Part shown: positions 1 through 6,703 of the stretch, one piece after another
Numbering within the stretch: the first letter of the stretch is position 1
Layout of the letters: each line of letters begins with the position of its first letter
From: Bacteroidia bacterium
GTDB lineage: Bacteria > Bacteroidota > Bacteroidia > UKL13-3
DNA length: 32,248 bases
NCBI GenBank assembly: GCA_044228315.1
Contig: JBGAVF010000001.1
Location: 1-32,248, forward strand
Direction: 5' to 3'
Notes under the pieces: generated by a model
Told to the model about the DNA's origin: nothing
What the model saw: the letters and a program-made list of their open reading frames with translations, nothing else
The model's database searches: none
Made by a program: the position numbers and the translations under genes

Positions 1-145
1 TTTCGAAACGCCTGCCGAAGAAAACGGGGACCTCAGGCAAAGCATGCTGCCCAACGTTTCCAGCCTCCACGCAGTTGACCACGGTCGATGAAAGCCTCAA
101 TGATTTAGATTTATTTTATTATTAACTTATTAAATTTTTTTAAAC

Positions 146-1099
146 ATGTATCGTACCAGAATGTATCAAGGGAGCGATGCCCGCTTAATCGAAACATCGC
201 GAACCATTCATGCCTTATTAATGGCAAACCTTTCCGAGTTTACCGCCTTCGACACCAAGTTGAATGCTGCATTTGCCTCACAATGGAATGACCTCATGGA
301 CCAGTGCTCTTCAGTAGAGAGTGCGAGCTTACTCATCAGCCGTCAAACCCAGCTCACCGCCTCGGTGCTGGATAAGATGCAGGAGGCCCGCAAGAAGTTC
401 CAGATGATCAAACATTTTGCCGGAGTAGCTTTCAACAACGACCCGAAGGTCATGAATGAATTCGGCGCAACCGATTTCCCGGTAGCCCGACGGATGCAAC
501 CCTATATGATCTTCTTCCTCAACCGCCTGCACACCACCGCCATGAAGTACAAGCCCGAGTTGTTAACTGCAGGCTGTACTGAGGCCCTGATCGACAGCAT
601 CAAATCTACCCACGACGAACTCCAGAATACCAACGTTACCCAGGAGTCGTACATTAAATCGCGTCCTGTGCTTACGGCCCAGCGTTTGGAGATGATGAAC
701 GAATGTTACAAGATGCTGCAACGTGTGATCAGTGCTGCCAAGGTGGTGTACTTCGATGATCCGGTGAAAGCCAATATGTATTCGCTGGGCAATTACAGCA
801 GCAGCAACGAGCCTTCCACTGAGTTGATTCAGGGCATGGTGGAAGCCGGCAGCCGCAAGGATGTGTTTACCCGTGTATTCGATGCCAAGCGGGTCATCAC
901 CATTCGCAACCAAGGGCCGCAAGCGCTGCTGTTTTATTTCTGTAACGAGATACCCACCCCATTGGGTACCCCGCTCAATGTGATGCCCAATAATGAAGTG
1001 CATGTGCAGGCCTCGCAGTTGTCGTCGGAAGGAAACATTTTTGCCGTGTACAATGCCAACAACGAGTTGTCGGGAGAGTTTGAGATTGAGCTTTCGTAA
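146..1099 (+). CDS. hypothetical protein, 317 aa (no family recognised)
   Basis: Complete ATG-to-TAA ORF in the track, followed 36 nt later by a clean rho-independent terminator. The antisense ORFs 329..532 and 563..1003 look like shadows. The N-terminal ~220 aa look helical and the last ~90 aa beta-rich. I recognise no catalytic motif. Confidence 0.6.
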   Translation: MYRTRMYQGSDARLIETSRTIHALLMANLSEFTAFDTKLNAAFASQWNDLMDQCSSVESASLLISRQTQLTASVLDKMQEARKKFQMIKHFAGVAFNNDPKVMNEFGATDFPVARRMQPYMIFFLNRLHTTAMKYKPELLTAGCTEALIDSIKSTHDELQNTNVTQESYIKSRPVLTAQRLEMMNECYKMLQRVISAAKVVYFDDPVKANMYSLGNYSSSNEPSTELIQGMVEAGSRKDVFTRVFDAKRVITIRNQGPQALLFYFCNEIPTPLGTPLNVMPNNEVHVQASQLSSEGNIFAVYNANNELSGEFEIELS

Positions 1100-1134
1100 G
1101 CATTGTAGTTTTTTTGAATTTTTATTTAATGGGA

Positions 1135-1164
1135 AAGCCCCTTGCGCAGGCAGGGGGCTTTTTT
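1135..1164 (+). terminator. rho-independent terminator after the 317-aa ORF
   Basis: 7-bp stem aagcccc (1135-1141) / ggggctt (1154-1160) running into tttttt (1159-1164). Confidence 0.7.
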
Positions 1165-1217
1165 CATGGGATAGAGATAAAGGAGAATATAAACTTGCGG
1201 GTTAAAAGTAGAATCAT

Positions 1218-1225
1218 TACCTTTG
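1218..1225 (+). promoter_or_regulatory. Bacteroidota-type -7 promoter box (TAnnTTTG) for tRNA-Met
   Basis: tacctttg lies 18 nt upstream of the mature tRNA 5' end. The identical octamer recurs upstream of the 12616 gene and of mfd. Confidence 0.45.
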
Positions 1226-1242
1226 CCACCTCAAAAAAATAG

Positions 1243-1314
<72 letters not shown>

Positions 1315-1325
1315 CAAAGCCAAAA

Positions 1326-1360
1326 AAGCCTCGAAGGTTTTCCTTCGGGGCTTTTATTTT
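1326..1360 (+). terminator. rho-independent terminator after tRNA-Met
   Basis: 12-bp stem aagcctcgaagg / ccttcggggctt (one G-U pair), loop tttt, followed by ttttattttt. Confidence 0.75.
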
Positions 1361-1462
1361 TCAGGCACACACCAGGCTTGCCTGAGGGTGGGCATTAAAA
1401 ATAAAAGAAGGCAACGCCATTGGCGGTGACGGCTTTTTTGGCTTTGTTAAGCCTCCCCCCAA

Positions 1463-1542
1463 AAGGTCCGCGGGCGCATGGCCGCCCGCAATCCTGCTCC
1501 CGCTACAAGAGAAAAAGGCCAGTTTACACGCTGGCCTTTTTT
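1463..1542 (+). repeat. decayed tRNA-Met 3'-end copy F1 plus terminator copy T1 (left direct repeat)
   Basis: aaggtc, then GC hairpin gcgggcg-catggc-cgcccgc, then aatcctgctcccgctaca (17/18 identical to tRNA positions 1299-1316). This continues as agagaaaaagg and the hairpin ggccag-tttacacg-ctggcc plus tttttt (1517-1542). Confidence 0.7.
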
Positions 1543-1568
1543 ATATATTAAAATCTCATTGAGTTGAC

Positions 1569-1622
1569 AACCCGAAGGACGTAGGTTCTCCGCCTCAGGC
1601 GGACCGCTACAAGAGAAAAAGG
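1569..1622 (+). repeat. decayed tRNA-Met 3'-half copy F2
   Basis: aacccgaaggacgtaggttc matches tRNA 1278-1297 at 19/20. It is followed by hairpin tccgcc-tca-ggcgga, then ccgctacaagagaaaaaggc, which is identical to 1500-1519. Confidence 0.7.
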
Positions 1623-1704
1623 CATTCCCCTCAAGTTTTGCATGGATTCAAAATGATAAAACCTTGAACTCACAATCTGTGAGGATTTGATTAAATTTGC
1701 CCAA

Positions 1705-1917
1705 ATGAAAGAGCAAAACAATACCATTGAATCCCTGGTTGCCGGTGGTTTAATAGGGGCCGCCCTGGGTGCCTGGCTTTCTAAAGACAAAGAAGATGGT
1801 GCCATAATAGGCGCCATTTTAGGAGCCGCTTTTTCAGCAACACTGCAAGCCAATAAAGAAGCACAAAAAACAAACCAGCCCGTGATGATCACTGAAAACG
1901 GAAAGCTTTTCCGTTAA
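1705..1917 (+). CDS. small glycine-zipper membrane protein (about 70 aa), hypothetical
   Basis: ORF 1687..1917, with a likely start at MKEQ (1705). Two GxxxG/AxxxG-rich hydrophobic stretches (LVAGGLIGAALGAWL and AIIGAILGAAFSA). The ORF is short, so coding status is uncertain. Confidence 0.35.
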   Translation: MKEQNNTIESLVAGGLIGAALGAWLSKDKEDGAIIGAILGAAFSATLQANKEAQKTNQPVMITENGKLFR

Positions 1918-2012
1918 TGCCAAATGGTGAAAAGCAATTCGTAAAAAGACCCTTCAGGGTCGTTGCAGCATTGGGAGGAACATTTTAGGCTAGAGAATAA
2001 AGATATAATAAA

Positions 2013-2715
2013 GGATGCGGAGTATTCAGGTCGAATGGTTCAGGTAAAACTACCATTTCAAGCTATCAGCAAAGTCAGCGAGTTCATTTAGGTGTATGTA
2101 AATGCGAGATGAATAGAGAGCGTCTCGCCAAACCGACATTTTAATGACTATCAAATTAGTGTTTCGGAAGAGCACATTCAGCAGTTTTTTCATCAAAGTA
2201 CCTTTTCACCTTTAAAAAGAAACGAAAAAGATCTATGGGAAAAACTTAAAGTTAGCGGAAATACTCTTTATATTGATACATACATTGACTCTTATCTAGC
2301 GGCAGATCTCGCTGAATTTATCCGGCAGAATCTTCTAATGAACGATGTTTCATTCACATACGAAACTGTGATGAGTCATGAGGGGAAAATAGAATTCATG
2401 TCGGATGCTTTGAAAAGAGGCTATAGGGTTTATTTATATTTTATTGCAACCGAAGATCCGGAGATCAATATAAACCGTGTCAATGTAAGAGTGGCCCAGG
2501 ATGGACATGCCGTTACTCCGGAAATAGTCCGAAGCCGATATTATAAAAGCCTCCAGAATCTTAAGAAAGCTGTTGCAAAAACCAATAGAGCATACCTTTT
2601 CGATAATTCAGGTGTTCAGGCGGAATTTATTGCTGAAATTACGGAAGGGAATGATATTCGATTAAACAATGCGGTTCATGTTCCCGCATGGGTTGAGAAG
2701 TATTTACTGTATTGA
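2013..2715 (+). pseudogene. zeta-toxin-like / AAA_33-type P-loop ATPase, disrupted
   Basis: A P-loop (VFRSNGSGKTTI) is readable in frame 3 from about 2022. VYVNAR-stop (expected NADEIA-like motif) follows in frame 1 at 2092-2112. The rest is open in frame 1 from 2113 (..DSYLAADLAEFIRQNLL MNDVSFTYETVMSH..GYRVYLYFIATEDPEININRVNVRVAQDGHAVTPEIVRSRYYKSLQNL..YLFDNSG), which matches the core of this kinase family. No single ORF covers both the P-loop and the core. Confidence 0.65.
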
Positions 2716-2746
2716 AACAACAAGAACTCTGTTACAAACTTCTTTC

Positions 2747-2806
2747 TCCGCCTTAGGCGGACCGCTACAAGAGGAAAAAGGTCAGTTTACACGCTGGCCT
2801 TTTTTT
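2747..2806 (+). repeat. decayed tRNA-Met 3'-end copy F3 plus terminator copy T2 (right direct repeat)
   Basis: tccgcc-tta-ggcgga-ccgctacaagaggaaaaagg, then hairpin ggtcag-tttacacg-ctggcc plus ttttttt. It probably also terminates the zeta-like gene. Confidence 0.7.
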
Positions 2807-2936
2807 ATTCTCCCCCCCTCATTTCCAAATATCACCACACTTTTTCCTAATACTGTTACCTCCCTGGGCATGAATGCGGGCACCTTTGTACCATCAATTC
2901 AACGTATCCTTTAACCTATTTAAAAAAAGAATCAAA

Positions 2937-3512
2937 ATGCAAAAGTTCCTCTCATTTATCGCAGCCGCCATTGTACTCAGCTCCTTTGTAGTGCTTGAAC
3001 AAACCACCTGGACACCCGACAAGTTTCACTCACAGCTTCACTTTGGTGCCACCCATTTCGGCATCTCGCAGGTAGAAGGCGTATTTCAGAATTTCACCAT
3101 TACCATGAAATCGGAAAAGGAAGATTTTTCCGACGCTGAAATTGAGATGAATGCCGACGTGAAGTCGATCAACACACTGGTAGAATACCGGGATAATGAC
3201 CTGAAAGGGAATTCTTGGTTCGATGCGGAAAAGTTCCCTCAGATCACCTTCAAAAGCAGTTCATTCACAAAAGCATCGGGCAACAACTACAAGCTGAAAG
3301 GCAAACTCACCATGCACGGTATTACCAAAGAGGTGGTGTTTGATGCCACCTTTAACGGATGGGCCGTTACTATGTCGAAAAAGAATACCGCCGGCTTTAC
3401 CGTGAAAGGGAAGATAAAACGCAGCGACTTCAACGTAGGCGCAGCTCCGGCAATTACCGGTGTGGGCGACGATATTCAGGTTTGGGCCGATGTGGAGGTG
3501 GGTAAAAACTAA
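2937..3512 (+). CDS. YceI-like periplasmic polyisoprenoid-binding protein
   Basis: ORF 2874..3512, with a likely start at MQKFLSFIAAAIVLSSF (2937), which looks like a signal peptide. The YceI pattern is present: W..D..HS.L.F...H.G.S.V.G.F, then L.G...FD..KFP.I.F.S, L.G.LT..G.TK.V and SDF. Confidence 0.85.
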   Translation: MQKFLSFIAAAIVLSSFVVLEQTTWTPDKFHSQLHFGATHFGISQVEGVFQNFTITMKSEKEDFSDAEIEMNADVKSINTLVEYRDNDLKGNSWFDAEKFPQITFKSSSFTKASGNNYKLKGKLTMHGITKEVVFDATFNGWAVTMSKKNTAGFTVKGKIKRSDFNVGAAPAITGVGDDIQVWADVEVGKN

Positions 3513-3554
3513 ACCGTCAATGCAACATTCAATAACCATTTAATCACTCTTAAA

Positions 3555-4151
3555 ATGCAAAAAGTAACATCAACCTTCGCACTCGCACTGCTTATAGCAG
3601 TAGTAGCCGGCCTTGGCATCATGGGTTGTGGCGCCAATACAGGCAACACCGCAAGCCTTCAGGCCAAAGTAGATTCATTGCAGAACGCACTGAAAAAATT
3701 CACCGATGAAAAAGCCATCACCGACATGCGTCTGGCAAAATTCGATTCCCTGGATTTTGATTTTTACAGCAATCAGAAATGGGATCAGTTCAATCACAGC
3801 CACGCCGATGATATTAAAGTGTATTATCCGGATGGAAGCATTTCCACCGGGTTGTATCCCCAGCATATTGATTTGCTAACCCCCATGTTTGCCTTTGCCC
3901 CTGACACCAAAATTAAAAGCCACCCAATAAAATTCGGCAGTGGTGACTTTACCTGTGTGATCGGTGAAATGGAAGGAACTTTCACGCAACCCATGCCCAT
4001 TGGTAACGGAAAAACCATTCCGCCTACCGGCAAGCATTTCAAACTCTCTATGACCACCGTAGGGCATTGGGGTCCCGATGGTAAAATGTCGGAAGAGTTT
4101 TTGTTCTGGGACAACCAGTCCTTCATGAAACAGATCGGGTTAGCCCAATAA
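3555..4151 (+). CDS. SnoaL-like (predicted ester cyclase, NTF2 fold) lipoprotein
   Basis: Signal peptide with lipobox LGIMGC. The C-terminal part (IKSHPIKFGSGDFTCVIGEMEGTFTQPMP..GKTIPPTGKHFKLSMTTVGHW..MSEEFLFWDN) resembles SnoaL-like ester-cyclase proteins. Assignment is by pattern only. Confidence 0.6.
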   Translation: MQKVTSTFALALLIAVVAGLGIMGCGANTGNTASLQAKVDSLQNALKKFTDEKAITDMRLAKFDSLDFDFYSNQKWDQFNHSHADDIKVYYPDGSISTGLYPQHIDLLTPMFAFAPDTKIKSHPIKFGSGDFTCVIGEMEGTFTQPMPIGNGKTIPPTGKHFKLSMTTVGHWGPDGKMSEEFLFWDNQSFMKQIGLAQ

Positions 4152-4428
4152 CGAGATCAGTAGTTCGGTTTGTAGATTTTTTTTCATTACCCGGAAGTAT
4201 GGTGGTCCAGCGGCATGCACAATGCCGGGGGCTGCCATCTTCTTTTTAGGAATCATGCATCATTCAGTACAAGTGGGCTTACGGAAGTTGATTGGCGGAT
4301 ACAAGGATTTTAAAGACACCAATAGATTTAAAGAAACACGTAAACGCAAGTGAAATATGCGGTTTATTCAAGTGAATGAATTTGTAAGAGATTTACTGAA
4401 AACAGAGAACGAATGAGGGCATAAAAAT

Positions 4429-4590
4429 TCAAGCAGGTGTTTTCTTCTGCTTTGATTTTGCAGGAAGTTTTCTTTTTGCTTTTATATTTCTCTTTTTGAG
4501 AAAATCACTGAATTCTTTCTCTTCCTTCTCGGTGAAAATTTTGTTTATGAAAACAAAATCTTTATCATCTATTTTCTTTAAATTAATCAT
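4429..4590 (-). CDS. small lysine-rich protein (53 aa), hypothetical
   Basis: ATG at 4590 overlaps the upstream gene's stop by 8 nt (minus strand AATGATTAA). Product is MINLKKIDDKDFVFINKIFTEKEEKEFSDFLKKRNIKAKRKLPAKSKQKKTPA. The longer track ORF (to 4725) would lie inside the upstream gene. Confidence 0.4.
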   Translation of the reverse strand: MINLKKIDDKDFVFINKIFTEKEEKEFSDFLKKRNIKAKRKLPAKSKQKKTPA

Positions 4591-5122
4591 TTTTAAAATC
4601 TTTAAAATATTGTTTAACCAATACGATGGCCTCTTTCGTGTCGATATACATTCGGTTGCTAACACCAAATTGTTTTGCGCCAAGTGTATATTTATAGTGC
4701 TCAATGAGTTTTGTTTTTGCCACAAATGAAACTACACCACCATACCCTTTCTCAAATGAAAATTTGCAACAAAAAGCAACCAGATTGCCGGCTACACCTT
4801 TATATTGCTTATTCTTTCCTTTGTTAAATCTGGCGCTTTCAATGAGAGCCATAAAAATATGGTCATTTTTATCTGTAATACTAATCAACCCATGAATTAT
4901 ATCATCATTGTGTAATGTGGTTAATTTATAGACATGATTAGTTGTAGTTTTTAATTCTTTAAGCCAGTCAAAAACCCAATCAACTTTTTTTATTTGTCTG
5001 ATATCATCTTTAAGAAGTTGTGTGATATTGGTTTCAAAAATCTCACCAGTCAATGCATTCTCAATTGAATTTGTAAGTTTATCAATCTCGAATTCAAGTT
5101 CAACAATATTTCGCGACTTCAT
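4583..5122 (-). CDS. GNAT-fold-like protein (179 aa), function unknown
   Basis: Complete ORF in an AT-rich block. The C-terminal half (IFMALIESARFNKGKNKQYKGVAGNLVAFCCKFSFEKGYGGVVSFVAKTKLIEHYKYTLGA) resembles the acetyl-CoA-binding beta4-alpha3 core of GNAT proteins (x-x-G-x-G/A-like YKGVAGNL). This is pattern recognition only. Confidence 0.6.
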   Translation of the reverse strand: MKSRNIVELEFEIDKLTNSIENALTGEIFETNITQLLKDDIRQIKKVDWVFDWLKELKTTTNHVYKLTTLHNDDIIHGLISITDKNDHIFMALIESARFNKGKNKQYKGVAGNLVAFCCKFSFEKGYGGVVSFVAKTKLIEHYKYTLGAKQFGVSNRMYIDTKEAIVLVKQYFKDFKND

Positions 5123-5271
5123 CTCTCAAAGATAGCATTTTACGAGTAAAATACATCACTATTCATCAGGCATAGCAACAGTTTTTCAGTAAAAATCACA
5201 GGAGATTTATTGTATAAAATAGTATCTGTAATTATCACTTTTTCCTCTGCATCCGGTATGCGTATTATCCC

Positions 5272-5279
5272 TAACTTTG
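5272..5279 (+). promoter_or_regulatory. candidate -7 box (TAnnTTTG) for era
   Basis: taactttg lies 27 nt upstream of the era ATG. No clear -33 TTTG was seen. Confidence 0.35.
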
Positions 5280-5305
5280 TACCATAAGTTTTCATCCCAT
5301 TTTAA

Positions 5306-6181
5306 ATGCACAAAGCAGGTTTTGTAAGTATCATCGGAGCCCCGAATGCCGGTAAGTCGACCCTTATGAATGCCCTGGTAGGTGAGCGCCTCAGCATCAT
5401 CACACCCAAGGCACAAACTACCCGTCACCGTATCATCGGCATCCTCAACGATGCCGACTCCCAGATCGTATTTACCGACACACCCGGCATCATTGCCCCG
5501 GCCTATGCCCTGCACAAGGCCATGATGAAAGCAGTGGATGAAGGCATTAACGAAGCCGATGTGGTGCTGTATGTGATCACGGTTGAAGACAAGGAACCCG
5601 ACCCCGAGGTGATACAGAAGCTGAACCGCGTGAAAAGCCCACTCATCATCCTTCTGAACAAGATCGACCTGTGTACCCAGGAAGAGGTAGCGGCCATGCT
5701 GAAACACTGGCAGGCCATTTACCCCAAGGCGGAACTGCTGCCGGTATCGGCCCTCAATGTGTTCAACCTCGACGGGGTAAAGCAACTCATACTGAAACAC
5801 CTGCCCGAGGCCCCTCCGTATTTCGACAAGGACCAGCTCACCGATAAGCCCGAGAAGTTCTTCGCCGCCGAGATCATACGCGAGAAGATATTTCTGTACT
5901 ACAAAAAGGAGATCCCGTACAGCTGCGAGGTGGAGATCTATAGTTTTAAGGAAGAGCCTCACCTCATCACTATTGAAGCCTATATATATGTGATGCGTGA
6001 AACCCAGAAGATCATTCTCATCGGGCATAAAGGGGTGGCCATTAAAAATGCCGCTACCGCCGCCCGGCGCAGCCTCGAGCAGTTCTTCCAGAAACAGGTG
6101 ATGCTGAAAACCTTTGTAAAAGTGCGGGAGAACTGGCGGGATAATGCCTCGTCCATACGCAATTTCGGGTACGATATGTAA
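5306..6181 (+). CDS. era: GTPase Era
   Basis: G1 GAPNAGKST, G2 region QTTRHRI, G3 DTPG, G4 NKID, and a C-terminal KH domain. 291 aa is the typical length. Confidence 0.95.
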   Translation: MHKAGFVSIIGAPNAGKSTLMNALVGERLSIITPKAQTTRHRIIGILNDADSQIVFTDTPGIIAPAYALHKAMMKAVDEGINEADVVLYVITVEDKEPDPEVIQKLNRVKSPLIILLNKIDLCTQEEVAAMLKHWQAIYPKAELLPVSALNVFNLDGVKQLILKHLPEAPPYFDKDQLTDKPEKFFAAEIIREKIFLYYKKEIPYSCEVEIYSFKEEPHLITIEAYIYVMRETQKIILIGHKGVAIKNAATAARRSLEQFFQKQVMLKTFVKVRENWRDNASSIRNFGYDM

Positions 6182-6498
6182 CGGAAATGCAGGGCCATAA
6201 CAAAGCGTATGGCAAGGGGAAAAGGGTAGTTTTTTACATACAGTCGCTACCCGGATTTCGGGATGAAACCGGAGCCGCCCCGGGGAACACTCCGGGAGTC
6301 TGAATTCATTTCCGGCTTTTTTCGTCTGATTTTTTAGAAAAACACCTACTTCTGCACATTGTAATCAAAAAGAAAAATGCAAGCAGGTTATACACCTTAA
6401 TTCGGTTTCCACAGTCTAAAATCAAGTTGGAACGTGCATTTCAATGTGGAAAAAAATGGGTGTGGAAAAAGTCGGAGAGGAGGGGTGCATGAACCCGT

Positions 6499-6506
6499 TA
6501 CATTTG
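6499..6506 (+). promoter_or_regulatory. candidate -7 box (TAnnTTTG) for nrdJ, implying a ~190-nt leader
   Basis: tacatttg is the only exact TAnnTTTG I see in the 520-bp era-nrdJ spacer. Confidence 0.3.
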
Positions 6507-6570
6507 TTCAACAAGTTCCAGAAAATCTTATCAATAAACTATCAATTGCAATACTCAAAAATATGGCAAC

Positions 6571-6596
6571 GGGGAGTCTTCTCCCCTAAAATTTTT
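6571..6596 (+). promoter_or_regulatory. terminator-like hairpin inside the nrdJ leader (possible attenuator)
   Basis: ggggag-tctt-ctcccc followed by taaaattttt, about 110 nt upstream of the nrdJ ATG. Confidence 0.3.
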
Positions 6597-6703
6597 GGTA
6601 ACAAAAAGATGACGGAAGGATAAAAGGAACGTAAAGACCCAACCAAAGGAAACACATATAAAAAATAACATAGTACTAAAACAAGATTTAGCAGCACCGA
6701 ATT

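Larger units (their letters stand above)
1500..2806 (+). mobile_element. possible relic of an element integrated at tRNA-Met (no integrase present)
   Basis: Direct repeats 1500-1542 and 2762-2806 differ by one 1-nt indel, one transition and T-run length, and begin in a copy of the tRNA 3' end. The bracketed DNA is visibly lower in GC than its flanks. It carries only a small ORF and a broken toxin-like gene. Confidence 0.35.

Noticed and set aside
3-125. Possible 3' end of an upstream gene (frame 3: ..TQLTTVDESLNDLDLFYY-stop at 123-125), 20 nt before the 146 ORF.
   Set aside because: Only 40 codons are visible and all three frames are open for most of the stretch. There is no motif to support any frame, so it is not reported as a feature.
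2669-2914. An 81-aa ORF bridging the zeta-like gene end, repeat F3, the terminator and the yceI upstream region.
   Set aside because: It reads straight through a terminator hairpin and promoter-like DNA, so it is implausible as a gene.
6265-6330. A possible era terminator (nested ccgga/tccgg and ccggag/ctccgg pairings followed by cttttttcgtctgatttttt).
   Set aside because: The stems are short or separated by long loops. I could not settle on one convincing hairpin adjacent to the T run, so it is not listed as a feature.
6182-6703. A cobalamin riboswitch or NrdR boxes upstream of the B12-dependent RNR.
   Set aside because: I could not find a B12-box-like core or a paired NrdR-type palindrome by eye. 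Only the unrelated repeats and hairpin reported in the findings are present. A covariance-model scan is still needed.
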